Source of the DNA: an uncultured Bradyrhizobium sp.
Lineage (GTDB): Bacteria; Pseudomonadota; Alphaproteobacteria; Rhizobiales; Beijerinckiaceae
Length of the DNA stretch: 64,000 nucleotides
Assembly: GCA_964552445.1 (NCBI GenBank)
Contig: CAZKHF010000001.1
Coordinates: 25,154-89,153, forward strand
Direction: 5' to 3'
The translations under genes were made by a program, and so were the position numbers. Below are positions 54,903 through 64,000 of the stretch, piece after piece. Within the stretch, counting starts at the first letter, position 1, and each line of letters begins with the position of its first letter. The notes under the pieces are model-generated. The model saw only the letters and a program-made list of their open reading frames with translations. It was not told the origin of the DNA and ran no database searches.

Positions 54903-56858
54903 CTAATTCCCTTCGTCGAGACGCGCGATCGCATAGGCGTCGAGAGCCAACGCCTCGCCGCCGGCGAAGAGACGTCTCTGTTGGCGAAATTCCTCCGGAT
55001 CGAGCGCGGCGGCGGGAAGGCTCGCCGCGTCGAGCAATCGCAGGCGCGCGGCGCCAAACCCGTCGAGCCTCACCGCGACCGGGGCCGGGGAGAGATTGGC
55101 GAGCAGCACAACGCGTCCAGCGGCGCCCGTGAAAGCCAGCGCCGCGACGCGCTCGCCAGCCGCCGTCGCCTCGAGCTGCGAGCGCCCCGCCGCTTCGGCG
55201 AGATCGGCGGCGACATGGAACAGCGGATAGGCCGCGCCGGCGGGAAGGCCGTCCCAGTAGGCGCGCGGATACGGCTGCGGAGTCGACAGAAAGCCGAACG
55301 GGCCAACCGGCGCCCCGAGCGCCAAAGCCGAAACGCCGAAAGGCGCGATCCTGGCGGCGTAGCCGAGATGCCAGGCGGCCCCGAGCAGGCCGCGCTGGCG
55401 CGGATCGGCGTCGGCGAGGCCGACGCGAACCTGGGTCGGGTTGGGCGTGGGGCCGGGCCCGTAAGGGTTGAGCCGCGCGCCAATGCCGATCGGCCCAATG
55501 CGATAGGCGGCGCCGGCGGCGAGGATCTTCCCTGAGCGCAGGATGTGCGGCAGGCTCTCCAACGTCTCGATCACCGAGCGGTCGTCGGCGGCGTGCACCG
55601 TCGGCGTGGTGGCGTGGGCGATGACGTCGAACAGGCCCGCGGGGGGCCGTTTGCGGTTCAGCTCGGTGAAGAAGGCCGGCGTGCCGCCAACCGCGGCGAC
55701 CCCGGGAAAGGCGCGGCGGAGCGCGGCGGCGATCGCCGTCTCGGAGGGCGCCTTCGGCCGCGCCTCGCCCGGCTGGAACGAGAGCTGGTCCGAAGCGGGA
55801 AAGGCCGCGACCGACTGCGGCCGCAGGCCTTCCCTTTCGAGCAGGCTGGCGAAGCGCGCAATCTCGCCGTCGGCGTCGTCTTCGCCGACGAGGATCAGCT
55901 CGGCGGAGAAGGGCCGCGCGGTCGCGCGCGTCAGGGCGCCGAGCGCGGCGATCGCCGCCTCGCCGTCGCCCTTGGCGGGATCGTGGCGATAGAGAAACGC
56001 GAACGGCCCCAGCCCGGCCAGCCGCGCAGCGCGCGCCACGCCCGCCGCCGCCGTTTTCGCGTCGAGGCCGACGAGCAGCGCCGGGAGGACTTGCCCGCTC
56101 GGCCCGCCGACCAAGACGCCGATCGCTTCGGCAGACTCGGGCGGCTTCGCTTCGGCCGGCCCCTCCTCGCGGACGACCATCGACACGGTCTGACGGATCT
56201 GTTGGCCGGCGGCGAGCTGATAAGGATAGGGCAGTCCGATCGGGCGGCTGTAGGTCTTGAACGAAGCGTCGGACCAGTTGCGGTGGTCCTCCATCTCGAA
56301 CACGTCGCCGCTGAAGCGCGTCTCCACCGCGAGGTTCTCGGCTGGGCGGTGGGTCAGCGCGCGGATGTCGAAGACGGGCTGGCCCGGGCTGATCGCCAGC
56401 GGAATTTGCTGATCGACGGTTTCGCCGCTCGCATGCTCCACCCGAACCGTGGTTCCGGCGAAACCCTCCAGCGGGTGAAGCACGACGAAGCCGCTGCGGT
56501 TGGCGGTGAAGTCGGTTTCGGGCCGCAGCGTCGCTTCGGCGTCGAGCCGCCCCTCGGCGAGCCCGGCGAAGCTCAGCGTCGCGGCGAGGCGCTGGCCCTG
56601 ATTCTGATAAAGGGCGTCGTAGACGACGCGGAAGCGCCCCTCCTCCGTCTCGACGCGAAGGTTCGAAATCTCCGGATCCGGCGTTCCCCAGCCCGGCGCG
56701 CGGACGAGAAACGACAGCGCGCGGATGATCTCGACCCCGCGCCAACTCACTTTCCTGAGCTGACCGCGATCGAGCAGCGCCGTCAGCGGCCCGGCGGCGA
56801 GCTGGCGGGGCGCGGGCTCCTGCTGCTCGGCGCCGGCGAGAAAGACCGCGCGGCTCAC
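54903..56858 (-). CDS. D-apionate lactonase (ApnL)-like protein
   Basis: GTG 56858 overlaps the permease stop. AGPLTALLD.GQLR, NRSGFVVLHPL, FEMEDHRNWSDASFKTYSRP, FFTELNRKRPP, VHAADDRSVIETLE, DPRQRGL match my recollection of the ApnL family. Confidence 0.8.
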   Translation of the reverse strand: MSRAVFLAGAEQQEPAPRQLAAGPLTALLDRGQLRKVSWRGVEIIRALSFLVRAPGWGTPDPEISNLRVETEEGRFRVVYDALYQNQGQRLAATLSFAGLAEGRLDAEATLRPETDFTANRSGFVVLHPLEGFAGTTVRVEHASGETVDQQIPLAISPGQPVFDIRALTHRPAENLAVETRFSGDVFEMEDHRNWSDASFKTYSRPIGLPYPYQLAAGQQIRQTVSMVVREEGPAEAKPPESAEAIGVLVGGPSGQVLPALLVGLDAKTAAAGVARAARLAGLGPFAFLYRHDPAKGDGEAAIAALGALTRATARPFSAELILVGEDDADGEIARFASLLEREGLRPQSVAAFPASDQLSFQPGEARPKAPSETAIAAALRRAFPGVAAVGGTPAFFTELNRKRPPAGLFDVIAHATTPTVHAADDRSVIETLESLPHILRSGKILAAGAAYRIGPIGIGARLNPYGPGPTPNPTQVRVGLADADPRQRGLLGAAWHLGYAARIAPFGVSALALGAPVGPFGFLSTPQPYPRAYWDGLPAGAAYPLFHVAADLAEAAGRSQLEATAAGERVAALAFTGAAGRVVLLANLSPAPVAVRLDGFGAARLRLLDAASLPAAALDPEEFRQQRRLFAGGEALALDAYAIARLDEGN

Positions 56859-57870
56859 CGCACCCGCCCCTTGACGAACACGTCGAAGGTGACGGCGCCG
56901 ACGATGATCGCGCCGATCAGCAGCTGCTGGACGTAGGGCGACACGTTGAGGATCACCAGGCCATTGAGCAGCACGCCGATCAGCAGCACGCCGATCACCG
57001 TGCCGCCGATGCCGCCCCTGCCGCCGTAAAGGCTGGTTCCGCCGATCACCACCGCGGCGATGACGGTCATCTCGTATTGGGCGCCCGCCACCGCCTCGGC
57101 CGAATTGAGCCGCGAGGCGAGCAGAAAGCCGCCGAGACCCGCGGCGAGCCCCGTCAGGGCGTAGACGCTCGCCAGCACGCCGGAAATGTTGAGCCCGCAC
57201 AGACGCGCCGCCTCCGGGTTCGATCCGACCGCGTAGACTGCCCGCCCGTAGCGGGTCGCGCTGAGGACGAAGCCGGCGAGGACGGCGACGACGACGAACA
57301 CGATCACCGGAACCGGCGCCGGGCCGATCATGCCCCGACCCCACCAGCCGAAGGCTTCGTCGAAACCGCTGATCGGTCCGCCGTTGCCGACGATCAGCGC
57401 CAGGCCGCGAAACACCGTCATGCCGCCGAGCGTCACGACGAAAGACGGCACCGACAATCGGGCGACGAAGAAGCCTTGGATCAGCCCTCCGACGCCGCCG
57501 ACGACGATCGCCGCCAGCGCCGCGAAGGGCCAGGACAGACCGCCGGAGACGAAGGGCAGGACGAAGCGCCCGTCAGCGCCGCCCTTGGCGACCACCGCCG
57601 CGACGAGCCCCGTCAACGCCGCCAGCGAGCCGACCGAAAGGTCGATGCCGCGGGTGAGGATGACGAAGGTCATGCCGACGGCGAGGATGCCGTAGATCGA
57701 CACCTGGCGCAGCACGTTGAACAAGTTCAGCGACGAGAAGAAGCGCGGCGCCAGCGAAGTGAACAGAATCATCAACAAGACGAGGAAGATCGCCGGCGCG
57801 AGCTTCGCCAGCGTGGCGGCGAGATGGTTCGGCCGACGCTGGGCGGCGGCAGAGAGGGGAGCGAGAATGG

Positions 57871-57874
<4 letters not shown>
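56855..57874 (-). CDS. Sugar ABC transporter permease (RbsC/BPD_transp_2 type)
   Basis: GMTFVILTRGIDLSVGS, PSFVVTLG, YGRAVYAVGSNPEAARLCG, AAVVIGGTSL.GGRG; ATG 57874. Confidence 0.93.
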
Positions 57875-59469
<1,595 letters not shown>

Positions 59470-59484
59470 TGCGTCAGCAACCCG

Positions 59485-60459
59485 TCATTGCGTCAGCAGC
59501 CCGACGCGCTCCGCCTGGCTGAGATTGTCCTTGGTGATCGCGATCGGCGCGATAAGGATGTTGCTTTCCGCCGGCTTCGCGCCAGTGCGGATGTAGTCTA
59601 CGAGGGTGCGGACGGCGATGCGGCCCTGCTTGCCGGGGAACTGGTCGACCGTCGCGGCGAGCGAGCCGTCGCGAACCGCCTTGAGCGCGTCCGTCGAGCC
59701 GTCGTAGCCGAAGATCGCCACCTTGCCCTTGAGCCCGCGCGCTTCGATCGCCTGCGCCGCGCCGAGGGCGCTGTCGTCGTTGGCGGCGATGATGACCGCC
59801 GGCGGCTGGGGCAGCCCGGTCAGCAGGTCCTCGGTGACGGCGAGGCCCTGATCGCGGCTGAAGCGGGCGGTCTGCTCGGCGACGAACTTGTAGAGCCCGG
59901 GCTTGGCGTCGAGCGCCTTGTGCACGCCGGCGTTGCGGTCGTTGGCGTTCCTGTCGCCGGGAATGCCCTGGAGATTGACGATCGTGGCGCCGTTGGGAAA
60001 CTGCTTGGCGACCGCCTCGCCCTGACGCACCGCGCCGGTCAAATTGTCGGCGGCGACGTTGGCGAGCACCTCGGAAACGCCATTGACCGGTCGGTCGACG
60101 GTGACGACGGGCACGCCGGCCTTGATAGCGGCTCTCACCGCGGGCGCGAGCGCGTCGGCGTCGGCCGGGGCGATGATGACGCCGTCGACGCCCTGAACGA
60201 CGGCGGCCTCGAGGTCGGCGATCTGCTTGGGGGCGCTGAGTTGGCCGTCGGAGCGGATCACCTTGACCTTGCCGATCTTGGCCGCCTCGTCCTCGAGCTG
60301 CTCCTGCAGGAAGACGAAGTGCGGGAAAGAGAACGTCAGCTCCGAGACGAACACGGTCACTTCCGCGTCCTTGCCTTTCGGGCCGGCCGAGGCCGGCGAG
60401 GCGGCGATCGCGGCCAGCGCGGCCGCCGCGGAAAGAGACAGAATAAGCTTCTTGATCAT
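59485..60459 (-). CDS. Sugar ABC transporter periplasmic binding protein (RbsB type)
   Basis: Signal peptide ending ASA-GP; GVPVVTVDR, ANDDSALGA, GYDG, ATVDQFP; RBS AGGA upstream. Confidence 0.93.
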   Translation of the reverse strand: MIKKLILSLSAAAALAAIAASPASAGPKGKDAEVTVFVSELTFSFPHFVFLQEQLEDEAAKIGKVKVIRSDGQLSAPKQIADLEAAVVQGVDGVIIAPADADALAPAVRAAIKAGVPVVTVDRPVNGVSEVLANVAADNLTGAVRQGEAVAKQFPNGATIVNLQGIPGDRNANDRNAGVHKALDAKPGLYKFVAEQTARFSRDQGLAVTEDLLTGLPQPPAVIIAANDDSALGAAQAIEARGLKGKVAIFGYDGSTDALKAVRDGSLAATVDQFPGKQGRIAVRTLVDYIRTGAKPAESNILIAPIAITKDNLSQAERVGLLTQ

Positions 60460-60689
60460 TGGGGAGGTCCTAATCAGATGATAAACACGATGTACTCTAT
60501 CGCTTTACTAGATATATGTCCAGCGCGGGTGAGAGCTGATTTGTCGCAGGCCCGCCGCGATCATTGCGACGAAGCCCGCCTCTCGACGCAGAAAGCTGAT
60601 TCTGCCGCGGATTCGGCGCCTACGCGGCGCCGCGCGCCTCGCCCGGGCGCCGGCCGACGCCTCACCGGGCGCGAAAGGGAAGGCGGGCG

Positions 60690-61499
60690 CTACGCGCTCC
60701 GCGCCTCCGCCGGATTCTCCCAGGTCGCGCCCGAAAGCACGCCGCCGTCGACGGCGACGGCCTGGCCGGTGATATAGGCGGATGCCGGGGAAGCGAGCAG
60801 CAGCGCCGTCCCCACCAGGTCGTCCGGCGTCGCCAGCCTTCCGTTCGGGATGAAGTTCTTGAACCATTGGTCGCGGTACGGGTCGTCCCACAACGGCCGG
60901 GTGAACTCCGTGCGCACGAAGCCCGGCTCGATCGCGTTGACCTGGATGTTGTCCTCGGCCCATTCGCGCGCCTGCGCCTTGGTCAGCTGGCTGACGGCGG
61001 CTTTCGAGGCGGCGTAGACGGAGATGGTGTTGAAGGCGTGCTTGGCGCTGAGCGAGCTGATATTGACGATCTTGCCGCCGCCGCGCCGCTTAAGATGCGG
61101 ATGGGCGGCTTGGCCGAGGAAATAGACCGCCCTCAGGTTGACGCCGATGATCGCGTCGAAATCGTCTGGCGTCACGGCGTCGATGCGCTTGCGGCGATTG
61201 ACGCCGACGCTGTTGACGAGAATGTCGAGCCCGCCGAGCTTGGCGGCCGCGGTGTCGACCAGCGTCTTGATCGCCGCGGGGTCGCGGACGTCGGCGGCGA
61301 GCGTTTCGACCTCGACGCCGGCGGCCTTGACCAGCGCGCGCGCCGCCGCGAGACGTTCGGGGTCGACGTCGTGGATGAGCACGCGAGCGCCGGCCAGGGC
61401 GAGCGCGCGCGAAAGAATGCGGCCGATCGCGCCGCCGCCGCCGGTGACGAGCGCCGTCTTGCCCCGTAGCGAAAAAAGCTCTGCGAGAATGTCCGACAT
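60690..61499 (-). CDS. Short-chain dehydrogenase (gluconate 5-dehydrogenase/KduD-like)
   Basis: ATG 61499 after AGGAG; LFSLRGKTALVTGGGGAIG, YAASK, NAIEPG, YITGQ..VDGG. Confidence 0.9.
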   Translation of the reverse strand: MSDILAELFSLRGKTALVTGGGGAIGRILSRALALAGARVLIHDVDPERLAAARALVKAAGVEVETLAADVRDPAAIKTLVDTAAAKLGGLDILVNSVGVNRRKRIDAVTPDDFDAIIGVNLRAVYFLGQAAHPHLKRRGGGKIVNISSLSAKHAFNTISVYAASKAAVSQLTKAQAREWAEDNIQVNAIEPGFVRTEFTRPLWDDPYRDQWFKNFIPNGRLATPDDLVGTALLLASPASAYITGQAVAVDGGVLSGATWENPAEARSA

Positions 61500-61522
61500 C
61501 GAATGACTCCTGGTCAAGAAAC

Positions 61523-62371
61523 TCAGAGGGCGATCGGCCGAGCGGGATCGAGAATCCATTCGCTCCATGAACCGACGTAGTGGCGGGCGCCGTCGAGCCC
61601 GGCGTGGGCGAGGGCGACGAGGTTCTGCGCCGCCGTGACCCCCGAGCCGCAGTAGAAGATCGCCCGCTGCGGCGGGACGTCGCCCAACAGGTCCAGGTAA
61701 TGGGCGCGCAATTCCTCCGGCGTGCGGAATCGGCCGTCGGCGCGGAGCGTGGCGGCCCGATCGGCGAGGCGCGCGCCGGCGATATGGCCGCGGACCGGAT
61801 CGTGATAGACGCCGCGGCCATGGAACCCCTCCGCCGAACGGCTGTCGAACAGGGCCCACGTCGGGTCTTCGCGGCGGCGCTCGACCAACGCGAGGTCGGC
61901 GACGAGCTCGCGGCGCTCGACCCCCTGGTAGGTCGACGGCGCGCGAGCGGCGACGCGAGCGTCGGTCGGCCGCCCTTCGGACAGCCATTGATTCCAGCCG
62001 CCGTCGAGCACGGCGGCGGCGTCATGGCCTGTCCAGCGCAGCATCCACCAGACGCGCGCCGCGGCCATCATCCCGCCGCTCGCGTCGTAGACGACCACCT
62101 GCGTTCGCGGCGTCACGCCCCAGCGCGACAAGGTCGCCCGCCACGATGCGAAAGCCGGCAGTGGGCGCCGCCCGGTCCTGCCGGGCGCGATCTCCCCGGC
62201 CAGATCCGTGGCGAGATTTGCATAGAGCGCGCCGGGAATATGGCTCTCGGCGTGGACCCGCTGGCCCCACGTCTCGTCGGCGAGCGTAAAGCGGGCGTCC
62301 AGCGCCAGCCAGTCTGGATCATCGAGGTGGGCGGCCAGGGTCTCAGTCGAAACGATCGCATTAAGTGACAT
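61523..62371 (-). CDS. Two-domain rhodanese / 3-mercaptopyruvate sulfurtransferase (SseA-like)
   Basis: HIPGA, ARVWWML, VLDGG..W, GHIAGA, active-site loop YCGSGVTA, YVGSWSEW. Confidence 0.92.
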   Translation of the reverse strand: MSLNAIVSTETLAAHLDDPDWLALDARFTLADETWGQRVHAESHIPGALYANLATDLAGEIAPGRTGRRPLPAFASWRATLSRWGVTPRTQVVVYDASGGMMAAARVWWMLRWTGHDAAAVLDGGWNQWLSEGRPTDARVAARAPSTYQGVERRELVADLALVERRREDPTWALFDSRSAEGFHGRGVYHDPVRGHIAGARLADRAATLRADGRFRTPEELRAHYLDLLGDVPPQRAIFYCGSGVTAAQNLVALAHAGLDGARHYVGSWSEWILDPARPIAL

Positions 62372-62749
62372 TCGATTCTCCGCTGCGCCGCACGCGACGG
62401 CGCTTCACATGCAAAATTTGGAGGTTAGAAACGGGATAGGCCGCACGGCGAGCGGGCGGCCTCGTCGGACAACTTGAGGCGCGCCGCGCCGCAGAGAGCC
62501 ATCGCCGATAAGCGCCCGGCGAGTCGCCTAAGAACATCAGCCCGGACGCGACGACGCGGCGCCGCTGCGTCACCCCAAAGGTTCCGATCCTTCGATTTCC
62601 TTAGGCGTCTCAAATTCATGCTTCATTTCGCCGCCTCGAGCGCCGCGCCGCGACGGCTCTCAGCCGTTCGACCGCCCCTCGCCGACGCCAAGCCTGCGTC
62701 GACGTTGGCGGGCGACCCAATGATATGTCTATTTTGTTTATGGACGTTG

Positions 62750-63084
62750 TCAAGTGATCGGCGGCGAGATCGTCGGCCAGAGGTTAACGCATGCGAACAG
62801 GCGCCAAATCCAAATCGCGTCGTTGCGCCGGAGAAGACGAGAGGCGGAACCAAGCGCGCCGACCGAAACATCGCCAAGGCTCTCCAGCTTCATGCCGACG
62901 ATCTGCTCGGAAGTCATCGTCGCGTGGGGAATGCCTATCGGCGTGATCAGGAATTGATCATCGCCGATGCGAACGCTGACGTCGCCCGACATCCCCTGAT
63001 TGACGCCGATCTCGTTCATCCGGCGGCGAGCGGCGATGATCCCGGCGCGCGGCGGGGCGTGCGCGAGGACGGCGGCTTGGACAT
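62750..63084 (-). pseudogene. Frameshifted, truncated class II aldolase (FucA-like) remnant
   Basis: RAGIIAARRRMNEIGVNQGMSGDVSVRIGDDQFLITPIGIP..MTSEQIV resembles a FucA N-terminus. The ATG at 63084 is in another frame, and no zinc-binding His motifs follow. Confidence 0.7.
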
Positions 63085-63338
63085 CTGTATGATCCCGTTA
63101 TTGAGTTGCGCCATTCGGCCTGCTACGGTCGGCGAACCGGTCTTCGCGCCGGTTGCAAGCTCGAACGGAAATTCGCGCCAAGCGAGTCCGCTGCGTCCAT
63201 GAGAGCGGCGCGCCACCGGATCGGATTCCGCGTTTGTTCCTTCACCCGATTCCCCTGGCGAACCGGTTGAATAGGCTTGAATTGTATTTCGTAAGCGATC
63301 ATTGTCATTTGTCGGACGACCGGGACGGACTTAGGAAA

Positions 63339-64000
63339 ATGGCGGCGCGTTCGCGCGAAGGAGAAAGGTCGGGGCGTTTGCAGCGCGGGGAAAACGGAAG
63401 CCGGACCCCGCCGCTTCCGCGCCCAGGCGAATACCAGTGCGACCCCCTGCTCTGGGCGTCGTGGCTCTATCATCACGACGAGCTGACGCAGAGCCAGATC
63501 GCCGATCTCATGGGCGTGTCGCGGGCCAGCGTGGTCAACTACCTGCAGCAGGCGCGCGACCTGCATTACGTCAAGGTCGTCGTGCGTCAGGAGCTGCTGA
63601 ACGCCATCGAGCTTGGGCAGAACCTCAAGGCGGCGTTCGGGCTCGCCGAATGCATGGTCATCCCCAGCGACGGCGGCTTGCGCCCTCCGAGCGAACGCAT
63701 CGGCAAGGCCGGCGCCCGATATCTCGACGAGATCCTGACCAACGGCGACATTCTCGGCGTCGCGTGGGGTCGAACGGTGCTGGCGCTCGCTGAAAACTTG
63801 CCGGAGAAGGCGATGCCCGATTCCTTCGTCGTGCAGGTGATCGGCAGCCAGCGCTCTTCCTTCGACGGCTTCACCGCCGAGGAGTGCGTCGCTTTCATCG
63901 CCCGCCGTCTGCACGCGCGCTCGATCAACCTGCATGCGCCGGCGGCGGTGTCGAACGCGGCGCTCCGCGACGCGCTGATGAAAGAGCCGACGATCCAAGA
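63339..64000 (+). CDS. SorC/DeoR-type sugar-binding transcriptional regulator (partial, runs off window end)
   Basis: ATG 63339 after TTAGGA; translated by hand: WASWLYHHDELTQSQIADLMGVSRASVVNYLQQARD (HTH), then LGVAWGRTV. Not in the ORF track. Confidence 0.9.
   Translation, partial: MAARSREGERSGRLQRGENGSRTPPLPRPGEYQCDPLLWASWLYHHDELTQSQIADLMGVSRASVVNYLQQARDLHYVKVVVRQELLNAIELGQNLKAAFGLAECMVIPSDGGLRPPSERIGKAGARYLDEILTNGDILGVAWGRTVLALAENLPEKAMPDSFVVQVIGSQRSSFDGFTAEECVAFIARRLHARSINLHAPAAVSNAALRDALMKEPTIQ

Noticed and set aside
63123-63998. 291-aa minus-strand ORF at the window end
   Set aside because: Antisense to the clear SorC/DeoR-type regulator on the plus strand.

Overview
High-GC bacterial DNA, probably a Hyphomicrobiales-type alphaproteobacterium (inferred from gene content), with three blocks almost entirely on the minus strand. 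(1) 37896 to 1 and beyond: one uninterrupted ORF of at least 12,632 codons, absent from the ORF track because its stop codon lies outside the window. It encodes a giant adhesin-like protein with an N-terminal LEPR-XLL motif, long beta-helix-like repeat arrays with inserted Trp/Tyr-rich modules, Pro/Thr linkers, Ig-like modules and RTX-like GGxGxD repeats. (2) 38030-52185: a co-oriented cluster of tandem-barrel OMP, DUF3467-like protein, GAF-HlyD, PqqD-like/M50 protease/HlyD fusion, truncated SecA paralogue, HlyD adaptor and SapC. It resembles type I secretion but has no ABC exporter or TolC in view. Inside it lies a tailoring cassette: O-methyltransferase, an unannotated 35-aa ORF, two proteins with an ABBA/PT-barrel-like pattern, and a radical SAM enzyme. 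(3) 52832-64000: a sugar ABC uptake/catabolism operon with ApsD- and ApnL-like (D-apiose pathway) enzymes, AKR, SDR, a rhodanese and a class II aldolase remnant, divergent from a SorC/DeoR-type regulator. All assignments come from reading motifs by eye; no database searches were run.
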